This document shows, one piece after another, positions 51,163 through 60,634 of a stretch of DNA of 64,000 bases; within the stretch, counting starts at the first letter, position 1; each line of letters opens with the position of its first letter. Origin of the DNA: Candidatus Zhuqueibacterota bacterium. Its GTDB lineage: Bacteria > Zhuqueibacterota > Zhuqueibacteria > Thermofontimicrobiales > Thermofontimicrobiaceae. The position numbers and the translations under genes are program-made. Under the pieces are notes generated by a model. It had not been told where the DNA came from and ran no database searches. It saw only the letters and a list, made by a program, of their open reading frames with translations. The stretch spans positions 256,001-320,000 of the forward strand of contig JBMOPW010000034.1 of assembly GCA_049322915.1 (NCBI GenBank), read 5' to 3'.

Positions 51163-52838
51163 TTTCCCCGATTTTTCTGGCTCATAAAATAAAAAGCAAC
51201 TCCAAAGCTGATGGTGACGCCGATGTAGATGAGCAGCGAACCATGATCCGCCCTGGGAATGAAAAAAATCAGAATTAAACTGACCAATCCGATCAGCAGG
51301 GTGGTTCGACTCAAAAATCGAAAGACGGTCTGCGTGATACTTTCTGTTTCTCCGACCTCATGCGCCAGGTCAATCGGCGTATCAAGTTTTTGATAAAATA
51401 TATTCCGCGGTTGAACGTATTTTGAGTTTTTTTCTTTCAACATAATACAGGCATAGTAAACCAAAATTCCCATGGGGATGATGAGAAAAACCCTGGCGAC
51501 AAAATTCCACTGAAAAACAAAACTGGTCAATATTCCCAGAATCAATGAAACTGAAAACGAGACAATCGCGGAGAAGTGGGGGGCTTTTCGTTCGATCAAA
51601 CCCAACAAAGCCGGCGGCCCATACGCCAGAGAAATAATCGTATTGAACGTCAACATCGTGACAAAAACACTTTCACCGCTGCTGGCCATGACAATTGCAA
51701 TGGTCGGGACAAGGAGACCCACGGCCAGGGTGGTTAATCTCCCCAGCAGCAGGATGCTGCGATCACGGTTAATTTTGAACAGCGTTTGAAAAATATCTTT
51801 TGAAAGAATGGCCGAATGCATGTTATAAAAGCTGGAAAGACTCGACATGCTGGCGCTGAAAATCGCTGCGAGCATAATCCCGATCAGTCCGTTGGGAAGC
51901 AGGGTCAAACTGGCCAGGGCGTAGGCACCCTCTTCGGGGTTGGGTAAATTCGGAAAAATTTCGGCAATATTGGGATAGAGAATCCGCATCGCCATCGGTG
52001 GGATGAACCACAGAAATGTACCGAAGAAAAACATGAGGCTGGTGAACAGGGCAACTTTTTTGGCAGAACGCTCGCTATCAACACTGAAATAGCGCTGGGC
52101 ATTGACCGATGTGTTGTAGGCGAAAAAATTGACCAATCCAAAACATAGAATATAGGTGAACATCGATTTTTCCGAGTGACCCAAAGTGAGCAGTTGCGCT
52201 GGCAATGATGAAAAAAAAGCGCTAATTCCGCCGACTTTAGCCAGCGCCATGAAAAACATGACGATGGTGAATGGGACTAAAATGATACCCTGGATAAAAT
52301 CCGTGATCATTACCGCCCACAATCCGCCTAAAAAGCAGTAAGCTAAAATAATCAACCCTGCAATCACAATCGTCCAGAATAGCGGAAAGCCAGAGATGGA
52401 TGATAGAAAAACACCCAGACCAAACAGAACGCTGCCAGCCATGAAAAGCTGAAACAAAATACTGCTCCAGGAAAAAATCTGTCGGGTTGGCTCATTGTAT
52501 CTTTGGTTAAGATATTCCATCACCGAAGACACCCGGGTACGGCGCCAGGGTGCGGCAAATACCAGATAGCCAATGAAAAACGAAATTGCCGTACCGAGGT
52601 ACATGAGGATGGCAGTGATCCCTTCTTTGTACGCAATGCCGGCCGCGCCGGTAAAAGTCCAGGCGCTAAAGCCACTCATGAACGAGCTGAGTCCGGCCAC
52701 CAACCAGGGAATTTTATTGCCGCCTATAAAAAAATCTGACTCACCTTTGTTAAATCGCATGAAATAAAAACCGACCCCAAGGGTGAGCAGTAGATATAGA
52801 ACAAGAATCACATAGTCGATGAATAGAATTGATTTCAA
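51159..52838 (-). CDS. Sodium:solute symporter (SSS)
   Basis: FFIGG..IPW, FSAWTF.G.AG, GGLWAV..TD..Q, QRY, GL.G..LAA.F.A.MSS. Confidence 0.92.
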   Translation of the reverse strand: MKSILFIDYVILVLYLLLTLGVGFYFMRFNKGESDFFIGGNKIPWLVAGLSSFMSGFSAWTFTGAAGIAYKEGITAILMYLGTAISFFIGYLVFAAPWRRTRVSSVMEYLNQRYNEPTRQIFSWSSILFQLFMAGSVLFGLGVFLSSISGFPLFWTIVIAGLIILAYCFLGGLWAVMITDFIQGIILVPFTIVMFFMALAKVGGISAFFSSLPAQLLTLGHSEKSMFTYILCFGLVNFFAYNTSVNAQRYFSVDSERSAKKVALFTSLMFFFGTFLWFIPPMAMRILYPNIAEIFPNLPNPEEGAYALASLTLLPNGLIGIMLAAIFSASMSSLSSFYNMHSAILSKDIFQTLFKINRDRSILLLGRLTTLAVGLLVPTIAIVMASSGESVFVTMLTFNTIISLAYGPPALLGLIERKAPHFSAIVSFSVSLILGILTSFVFQWNFVARVFLIIPMGILVYYACIMLKEKNSKYVQPRNIFYQKLDTPIDLAHEVGETESITQTVFRFLSRTTLLIGLVSLILIFFIPRADHGSLLIYIGVTISFGVAFYFMSQKNRGN

Positions 52839-52879
52839 AATTTTCTCCCAACTTTGCCAGCCTGAAAAAATAGTAAAAG

Positions 52880-54175
52880 TTAAGGCAAAACAAATGTCAA
52901 GGTATGCCCATCTTTACCGAGATCGAAACCTTGGGTGATGTTCGTTTTTTTAAATTTGATTTGAATTTCGTAGCTGCCGAGAAATCCCCGTGTTCCAAAC
53001 TGACCCTGCTCATCGGTTATTCCCTGGTTATTTGTCCACCATTTATTGAAAACTAAATCTTTATACACCAACCCATTTGGCTTCATTGACCAGTCTTTGC
53101 GGAATAATGCCCGTGGCGGTTTCCAATGGGCGCCTTCCCAGAAGCCCCACATATTAATGCACTCAACAGCCGGATGGCTGAATACCGTGACATAAAAATC
53201 ATGCAGGTATTGCGCCTGTTGTTGTTCGTTGATTCCCTCATGATCGAACTCAGTGATGCGCAGCGGCAAGCCAAATTTGGCCAGGCGATCAATGCGCTGG
53301 AAAACCGTATCAGCCTGAAAAACAGTATCGCGTTCCATGTGCCCCTGAATGCCAACCGCGGTGATTGGAGCGTTGTGATCCAAAAGATATTGAATGTTCT
53401 TTTCCAACGGATCGATATTTTTTCCCGTGAGCAGAAGATTATTTTCATTCAGAACCAAAACCTGTTCAGCTAACTCCTGGCGAGCTACCTGGAACCAGTC
53501 CAGCATAATTTCATTGCCGAAAATATCCATGATTTCATGATGTTCGGCAGGCTCATTGATGACATCCCATTCGTCAATATAGTCTCTCGTGGCGCGGGTG
53601 ATTTCGTGAATATGGTCGAGAATTATCTGCGGCAGACCTTCGGGATGGTGTCTGTAAGGTTTGAGATACATCGGCATATAACGCCAGCTTGGCCAGACAA
53701 GGTTCGTCGCCCTTACATAAATATTTTGTGCTTTTAACCAGCGTAGCACCGCCAGCGTCCGCTCCCGATCAAACGGATTTCCAGGAACGATATACTCTTC
53801 GGTTTTAAAGCGGGTCTGATCCCACTCCCCATTCCAGGGCCCCCACTTGAGTTCCGAGGCGAGAACGCCAGCATTGAAATGCTCCAAAAATAGCTGCTTA
53901 TACGTTTCATTGGTAAAAGCGCCATACAACAATCCTGATTTCAACTCCGAACCAAACAGGAAGGCATGTTTTTTCATGCTGATTTGGACTTCGGCCCCGC
54001 TTACTGGCTTGCCGTGACTATCTTTCACTACAATAGTTATGGCTGCCTTCCGATGTTTTTCAATCCTTTTTTCTGCCTCCTGGAAAATTCCCAATTTCTG
54101 GGCGTGCAAAGGAATTGCGTATATCACCACCAATGAAAAAAAAAGAAATCTGTATATTTTAGCTTGCATTATCAC
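52880..54175 (-). CDS. GH10-family glycoside hydrolase, no C-terminal sorting domain
   Basis: Signal peptide; WDVINE acid/base, GIQGH, RITEFD nucleophile, MWGFW. Confidence 0.88.
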   Translation of the reverse strand: MIMQAKIYRFLFFSLVVIYAIPLHAQKLGIFQEAEKRIEKHRKAAITIVVKDSHGKPVSGAEVQISMKKHAFLFGSELKSGLLYGAFTNETYKQLFLEHFNAGVLASELKWGPWNGEWDQTRFKTEEYIVPGNPFDRERTLAVLRWLKAQNIYVRATNLVWPSWRYMPMYLKPYRHHPEGLPQIILDHIHEITRATRDYIDEWDVINEPAEHHEIMDIFGNEIMLDWFQVARQELAEQVLVLNENNLLLTGKNIDPLEKNIQYLLDHNAPITAVGIQGHMERDTVFQADTVFQRIDRLAKFGLPLRITEFDHEGINEQQQAQYLHDFYVTVFSHPAVECINMWGFWEGAHWKPPRALFRKDWSMKPNGLVYKDLVFNKWWTNNQGITDEQGQFGTRGFLGSYEIQIKFKKTNITQGFDLGKDGHTLTFVLP

Positions 54176-54289
54176 AATCCATCGAAGTTAGATACGATTG
54201 AAGATTCAGATTCACGAACACAATTGCTTTGAATGATTTCTGAGCTGATGCCTGTGGCAGTCGGTGTCTGAAATCACGATCCGCCTGCC

Positions 54290-55906
54290 TTATTTCAGGA
54301 GCGTCATTTTATTAATCTTTTGAAAAAATTCTGATTCCAATTTACAGAGATACAATCCACTAGCGACATTGTTTCCCGATTCATCCGCACCATCCCAGTT
54401 GGAAATATATCGACCGGCAGACAGCGATCTATTTACCAGGCATCTGACCGTTTTACCCAGTAGATTATAAATCGAAAGATTAACAAAGCCATCCCTGGGC
54501 AGGACATAAACAATTGCGGTCGTCGCGTTAAATGGATTGGGATAATTTTGCTGAAGCATAAACTCACCCCAATGATTGCTGTCGGTAGCCCTGATGGATG
54601 TGCTGAACTCAGGCTTTAACTGGAAAATCACTTCGTTACTGTTTTTTTCCAGATCAAAGGTTTTACTAAAAGTCGAATCGTGGTGAATGACTTTGATCTC
54701 GTAGCTGCCTAAAAATCCACGTCCCTGAAATTTACCCTGGCTGTCGGTATTACCCTGAAAATTCGACCACCACCTATTGAAAACCAGGTCTTTGTACGCC
54801 AAACCGTTCGGTTTGATCGACCAATCCTTGCGATAAAGCGCTCGTTGTGGTCGCCAATGCGAACCCTCCCAGAAACCCCACATTTGAATGCCGCTCACTC
54901 CCGGATGGCTAAACACTGTGATAAAAAAATCATGCAGATATTGAGCCTGTTGCTGTTCGTTGATGCCCTCATGATCGAATTCAGTAATTCTGATATCAAG
55001 ACCAAATTTGGAGAAACGGCTAATCCGATAGAAAATTATGGCAGGATCCAACTGGCTGTCTTTTTCCATATGCCCCTGAATGCCGATTCCGTCCAGTGGA
55101 GCGTTATGGTCCAACAAATATTGGATTTCCTGCTCGACTTTGATCAAGTTCTCTGCGGTGAGCAGAATGCCATTTTCATTGATGAACAGTTTGCAGTCGG
55201 GCAGTTCTTCCCGAGCGGTTTCAAACCAATCCACCATGATCGAATCGCCGAAAATGTCCATGACATCATGGCAGGTGGCTGGCTCATTGACGACATCCCA
55301 TTCATAAACGTAATCTTTGGTGGCAGATGTAACATCCCTGATGCGATTGATGATAACCTCTGGTAATCCAGCCGAATTGGTGTGATAAGGCTCCAGGAAA
55401 AGCGGCATATAATTCCACTTGGGCCAGATGAGACCATGCGCTCGAAAAAAAAGGTCATTCTCTTTAAACCATGCCAAAGCACCCATGGTCCTTTCTCGGT
55501 CGAATGGATTCCCGGGAATCAAATATTCCGAAGTTTTAAAACGGCTCTGATCCCATTCGCCTTCCCAGGGACCCCATTTCAGATCACTGGAAAACGTGCC
55601 CGAATTGAATAGTTCTAAAAAAGTCGCTCTGTATTGTTCGATGGCATACGGACCAAATACCAGCCCCGCTTTCACTTCGGATCCAAATAAAAAAGCGTGC
55701 TTTTTCATATTGACTTCGATAGCAGCGTTGGAAATTATGTTGCCAGCTTCATCCGTGACAATAATGGTGAAATCCCCTTTTCGATATTGTTCGATACGCT
55801 TGTCCGCTTCTTCATAACTGCCCCACGTTTGAGCACGCGCCATGGTTGACAGCAGTAACAATCCAGCTAAAACGATCATCAGATAAGTAAACAATTTTTT
55901 TATCAT
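54290..55906 (-). CDS. GH10-family glycoside hydrolase with T9SS/FlgD-type C-terminal domain
   Basis: Signal peptide; WDVVNE, GIQGH, RITEFD; QNYPNPFN..T.I.Y...IYNLLG..V..L...WDG.D..G..VASG.Y...KMTLLK. Confidence 0.9.
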   Translation of the reverse strand: MIKKLFTYLMIVLAGLLLLSTMARAQTWGSYEEADKRIEQYRKGDFTIIVTDEAGNIISNAAIEVNMKKHAFLFGSEVKAGLVFGPYAIEQYRATFLELFNSGTFSSDLKWGPWEGEWDQSRFKTSEYLIPGNPFDRERTMGALAWFKENDLFFRAHGLIWPKWNYMPLFLEPYHTNSAGLPEVIINRIRDVTSATKDYVYEWDVVNEPATCHDVMDIFGDSIMVDWFETAREELPDCKLFINENGILLTAENLIKVEQEIQYLLDHNAPLDGIGIQGHMEKDSQLDPAIIFYRISRFSKFGLDIRITEFDHEGINEQQQAQYLHDFFITVFSHPGVSGIQMWGFWEGSHWRPQRALYRKDWSIKPNGLAYKDLVFNRWWSNFQGNTDSQGKFQGRGFLGSYEIKVIHHDSTFSKTFDLEKNSNEVIFQLKPEFSTSIRATDSNHWGEFMLQQNYPNPFNATTAIVYVLPRDGFVNLSIYNLLGKTVRCLVNRSLSAGRYISNWDGADESGNNVASGLYLCKLESEFFQKINKMTLLK

Positions 55907-55997
55907 TAAAATTCCCTTATGGTTAACGACAATACAAAATCAGGTGCAGATATTTCTGCACTGTCATTGCCTGATGAATACAATCGCAACATCCCTG

Positions 55998-57017
55998 CTA
56001 AAAGCCGATACTCAAGGTGAACATTTGCGCTTCAATCAGCTCGTTAAAATTCTGATAGCCATAATCGATTTGCAGTTCGGTTCCAATGAGTGCATAGTGG
56101 AAGCCGACGCCGACCGAAAGCCCGGTATTAATTTCTTCATTGAAGAGCGAATTATATCCTGCTCTCAGCGCAAACATTTTATTGAATACATACTCCAATC
56201 CCAAATTCAGGCTCTCATTGCTGTTGTTGGGATGCAGCGCATCCATCGATAACAGGAGATTGCTTTTTCCTATTCCTTTCAAAACATCCATCGATATTCC
56301 GATTCTGAACATGATTGGGAGATCATACGCTTCGGTCTTCAACAGGGCATTGGTATTTTCACTGGTCCCACTGTAACGGTCATCAATCCGGGTCTGAATC
56401 AACAAATCTTTGCCATCCATGCGCATTTTACCGCCGTAGTTGGAAATGCTCATTCCCAATTGCAGCCCATTGAATTGCGTGGTAAAAAGTGTGCCCACAT
56501 CAAAGGCAATGGCAGAAGCGCTGCTGTTATATATTCTCTCGTTGATGTATTTAAAGCTGCCGCCAATGGAAAATCGATCCGTTAAATCCCGGGCATAGCT
56601 CAGTCCCATCACGTAACTTCCCGCATCGAAAAATTCACCATTGCCATCAGGGAAATCGACGGTGGTACGTTCCATTCGATCCATAATGATAAATTTCGCC
56701 TGGGCGCCGATAGTGCCAAATCCAGCAATGGGAACCGTGACCCCGACAAAGTTGATATCAATATCCGCGATCCATTTCGTGTGACAGAAAAGCGCACTGT
56801 TATCTTTAATCCTGGCAATCCCCGCCGGATTCCAGTACATGGCAGAGGCGTCATTGGCAATGGAGACAAAAGATCCCCCCATCGCAACAGCACGGGAACC
56901 GACATCGATATTGAGATAATTGGCAACCGTGGTTCCTGTCTTCGTGAGTGAGCTTTGACCAAACAGATCGAAGCAGAGGAACAACAGCCCATTTATGATT
57001 AACCCTATTTTTCGCAT
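55998..57017 (-). CDS. PorV/PorQ-like outer-membrane beta-barrel
   Basis: GSRAVAMGGSFVSIANDASAMYWNPAG; strands; ends IGF. Confidence 0.88.
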   Translation of the reverse strand: MRKIGLIINGLLFLCFDLFGQSSLTKTGTTVANYLNIDVGSRAVAMGGSFVSIANDASAMYWNPAGIARIKDNSALFCHTKWIADIDINFVGVTVPIAGFGTIGAQAKFIIMDRMERTTVDFPDGNGEFFDAGSYVMGLSYARDLTDRFSIGGSFKYINERIYNSSASAIAFDVGTLFTTQFNGLQLGMSISNYGGKMRMDGKDLLIQTRIDDRYSGTSENTNALLKTEAYDLPIMFRIGISMDVLKGIGKSNLLLSMDALHPNNSNESLNLGLEYVFNKMFALRAGYNSLFNEEINTGLSVGVGFHYALIGTELQIDYGYQNFNELIEAQMFTLSIGF

Positions 57018-57053
57018 TTCAATTCTCCTTAAAATTAACGCAGACAGAACCCG

Positions 57054-60000
57054 CTACTTGATTACCGCAAACTTTCCAGTCCGTTGTCCCACTTCATCGG
57101 CGTCGATGTAATAAATGAAGATCCCGAATCCGATTTCCATATTATCTTTGGTGAGCATATTCCAGATTTCGGCGCCATCATCAAGCTCGTTATCATGCTC
57201 GATGGTGTTTATCAACTGGCCCCGAATATCGAATATTTTTATCGTACATTTTCGGGGCAGGTGGGTGAAATGCAACTCTCGCGGTCCTCGGCCTCTGGCA
57301 TACGGATTGGCGGGCTCAAAGGAATTGGCAACAATGTAGGGATTGGGAACTACTCGAATCTTATCAAGTTGCCGGGCTGCCAGGAGCTTGTCCTCCTGCG
57401 CCGCGGTGGTCATAAATTCGAGAATATCATTCGATAGAAATGGCTTGATGGTATGAATAATGAGCGTATCGCCAGTCTGGGGATTCCGCTTCAACGAGTC
57501 GAAGGTCGCCATTTCAACAGCATGGCAGAGCGTATAGTTATTCAATGAATCAGATTGGAGAAGATAGATTTGATCCCGACGGGTCAATTTTGTATAGGAA
57601 GTAAATAATCCTTTCAAACTATCTGCGGCATAGTCCAATTCTCGAAAGGCAAAAAGAACATCTTCACCCGTAAACCAATCCACCACTTTAAAATTGACCT
57701 CGATGGATTCGGCCCTGACAGGCGTGTACTTCACTGATTTCCCAATCCCGCGCTCGCCAAAAATAATTTTCACATCGATTGGCAAGAGTTTTGTCTTGAA
57801 AGAAGGCATCGGTACCAGGGTGAAGTCGTAAATGTCAGGCGCGCTCCAGCGGCTCCTGGCTGCATCGAGCGCCAGTTCGGCGGGGTTGTCAAATACCAAT
57901 TGAAAACCATCGACAATGGGAATTTCTGCTGCAAGACTGAATTGATCCAGCAAAATTTTTGGCTCATTTGAATCGGTAATGTCGGTCAGGGTGAATGATT
58001 TTGTGGCCAATTCCGTAAGCACGGTATCATTAAACGTGACCTGATAGGTATGATCATCTTTAATAAAATTCGGATCAATCATCTCCAAATTTACGGTTCC
58101 GCTGGCATGTCCGGCAATGTGCTGCAAATCGCCGCTGCTGGCGGGGACATAACCTGCCGCAGGCGCTCTGGGAACCACGGCCACGACATTCTCTGAAATA
58201 TTGATTATTTCGCCCGTCTGTCCCAGTGTCAATTGACGGCTGCATTCGGTCGGTGGCACCAATAAGGAATCATTGCCCCGATCATAAGAAACCACGGCAT
58301 AAAAGTATGTAATTCCATTCTTCACCGTGGTATCGACCCAGGTGTGCTGCAAACCGCTGTCATCGCCCAGGTTGTATTGAACGCCATCAATGGCACCCAT
58401 CGACAAACCTTTAATTCCATTTTTAAGATCAAAAATTACCAATGGCTGCTGGCCAATGACCGAACCATAGGCATTGGTCACCTGCTTCATATCTTTCCAT
58501 TGGTCATCGGTGGATCGATAAATACGATAGCCCTCAAAATCTTTGCCGTTGATCGGATCAAAAGAATCTTCCGCCTTTGAATCCCAATAGAGCACCACCT
58601 TTTTGTCGCCTACCACAGCCGTCACTTCGGGCGTGATGGGCGCCTTGAAGAAATGATAATCTTCTTTAAAGGCTTTCTCCGAATGGTCTTTATTTCGAAC
58701 AATTGCGGCTTCGTCTTCGCCAAAAATCAGCGCGCCTGAAAAGCGTTCGATATCATCCGGGCGCATGGGAAAATAGCCCGAGCCCATAAATGGCGTGTTC
58801 GATTCCACCCAGATGACATTCTGGGGGGCATAGACCGTTCCTGGCGCAGTTAATTTCCAGATGCCTTCGTCATTGTAAAGCGGCGTGCGGTCCCACGGCG
58901 TATCCATGTAAAAAGCCGTCATGCCGATCAGATCGCTCTCATCAATGTCGGTCTTATCGATATTGGGTTCGCCAGGCAGACCCGTATCCACACCGTTGAG
59001 ATAGCCTGAAGTGGGCATTCCATCCCCTTCGCCAAAATCCGGGTTGAGTTTGTTTTGAGCGCCATCCAGGCCAATGTCATCGGTCTGTGAATTCCAATCG
59101 CCGTCTTCATCGATATTATTGTCGCGGCGCTCATCGATCATCCGGTTATCCAGCCCCGCGCCGGAGAAATAGTCCACTGCCCGTCTTCCGACGTAAATAT
59201 ATTTCGATAAAGTTAGTCCGGTAGTATCCGTCAACGCCCCATTGTTTTCATCAATGATGCCGTTCAAATTGTTGTCAATGTTATCGAAGGGTATTTCTTC
59301 CAATATCTTTCCCGGCCAGGCAATTGCTTTTTGGTTGTCCTGAAACAATATTTTAATCGTATCATTGGGCATAGTGGTTCGGCTGCGCTGGAAGGTGAGA
59401 TAATCCGTGATAATAATTTCATCGCCAGCCTGTACCGCTTTTTGAACAAACATGGATTCATCGATGATGATACCACTGCCGATGAAGCCATCGCCATCAT
59501 TATCGATACCATCTTTGGAATTGCCAGGCGTTTCAAACAGGGTGTAGCCGCACCAACCTGTCGTAAAATTGGTGGCGCCTTTCCCATCCTGATCATAGAA
59601 ATACAAAAATCGTTCATCTTTTTCAAACAGACCGACATCATCCGTCCACTCAGAGCCATGATTCTTAGCGGCAGCGCCAATTGTGAATCCCGGCACCTGA
59701 ATAAAATTGACTTTATTGTGATTGTAAGTGCCGATATTTTTCACATCGTAAACAACGAACATCACGTCTTTCACCAGGGGGTTATTCCACTGCAGGCTGC
59801 GCACCTGAATCCGCATCCCCAGACCCCGACGGCTTAAATCCATTGCATCCGGATAAAATTCAAATTCCCGGTTGTGATAGTCATCCACCACAAAGTAACT
59901 CTCCTGATCGGCATTGGCAAATTCCCGCCCTTTGGCGAACAGGCTATTCCACGTGCCGGGCCAGCCCGGATCGACTGGATCCGCTTCTTTATCAGGCCAG

Positions 60001-60491
60001 CTTTTGGGCCAGGACCAGGGCAGGTGACTCATGGCGACGGAATTTTCTGCCACTCCTTCAGTGGCAGTCGCATTGTAATTAGCAAATCCAGGCAGTGGCG
60101 TCAGTGTCCACCATTCGCTGCGATTCAACGGATTGGTATCACCCGAGCTGCCATGAGTGCCTGTGGTGTTGGTGCCATGGGATTCGGAGATGATGGTCTG
60201 ACGATTTCCATTCACATCGAATACTTCCGCGCCGACTAACAGGACGATTTTTGAGAAATAATAATGACCACTGCCTTTGGGCCATTCCCCGTGGATTTCA
60301 TTGGTCTCTTCGGCACCGAGACGGCCGAACATTCCGTAATTAAAAAAATGCGTTTGAATGTTATTGCCATTGTGCAAGCCTCGCAGCACGTAGGCCTGGT
60401 CGCCGTGTAAATCATCAATGCCACCGTAGCCATGTTGTGAAGCCGTTATCAGGAAAACACATATTAAAAGATTCATCGCAAATAGTTTCAT
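57054..60491 (-). CDS. Large secreted protein with Dx[DN]xDG-type Ca motifs, Fn3-like domain and T9SS-like C-terminal domain
   Basis: AAGGAG SD before ATG 60491; signal peptide; DGIDNDGDG, DNIDNNLNG, DEDGDW; FEGYRIYRS...YFYAVVSYD; IRVVPNPY...F.HLP..CTI.IF...G.L...GKFAVIK. Confidence 0.8.
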   Translation of the reverse strand: MKLFAMNLLICVFLITASQHGYGGIDDLHGDQAYVLRGLHNGNNIQTHFFNYGMFGRLGAEETNEIHGEWPKGSGHYYFSKIVLLVGAEVFDVNGNRQTIISESHGTNTTGTHGSSGDTNPLNRSEWWTLTPLPGFANYNATATEGVAENSVAMSHLPWSWPKSWPDKEADPVDPGWPGTWNSLFAKGREFANADQESYFVVDDYHNREFEFYPDAMDLSRRGLGMRIQVRSLQWNNPLVKDVMFVVYDVKNIGTYNHNKVNFIQVPGFTIGAAAKNHGSEWTDDVGLFEKDERFLYFYDQDGKGATNFTTGWCGYTLFETPGNSKDGIDNDGDGFIGSGIIIDESMFVQKAVQAGDEIIITDYLTFQRSRTTMPNDTIKILFQDNQKAIAWPGKILEEIPFDNIDNNLNGIIDENNGALTDTTGLTLSKYIYVGRRAVDYFSGAGLDNRMIDERRDNNIDEDGDWNSQTDDIGLDGAQNKLNPDFGEGDGMPTSGYLNGVDTGLPGEPNIDKTDIDESDLIGMTAFYMDTPWDRTPLYNDEGIWKLTAPGTVYAPQNVIWVESNTPFMGSGYFPMRPDDIERFSGALIFGEDEAAIVRNKDHSEKAFKEDYHFFKAPITPEVTAVVGDKKVVLYWDSKAEDSFDPINGKDFEGYRIYRSTDDQWKDMKQVTNAYGSVIGQQPLVIFDLKNGIKGLSMGAIDGVQYNLGDDSGLQHTWVDTTVKNGITYFYAVVSYDRGNDSLLVPPTECSRQLTLGQTGEIINISENVVAVVPRAPAAGYVPASSGDLQHIAGHASGTVNLEMIDPNFIKDDHTYQVTFNDTVLTELATKSFTLTDITDSNEPKILLDQFSLAAEIPIVDGFQLVFDNPAELALDAARSRWSAPDIYDFTLVPMPSFKTKLLPIDVKIIFGERGIGKSVKYTPVRAESIEVNFKVVDWFTGEDVLFAFRELDYAADSLKGLFTSYTKLTRRDQIYLLQSDSLNNYTLCHAVEMATFDSLKRNPQTGDTLIIHTIKPFLSNDILEFMTTAAQEDKLLAARQLDKIRVVPNPYIVANSFEPANPYARGRGPRELHFTHLPRKCTIKIFDIRGQLINTIEHDNELDDGAEIWNMLTKDNMEIGFGIFIYYIDADEVGQRTGKFAVIK

Positions 60492-60634
60492 TGTGAGCTC
60501 CTTGAAATTGAAAAAAATTAAATTCACCACTTAACCCTACTACGTCATTTGGCAAGTTCTGCACAATATATTGTATGTTATGTTGTCAGAAAATACGCTA
60601 TATTGTTCTAATAATTCTAAGTGATGTTGTAGGG

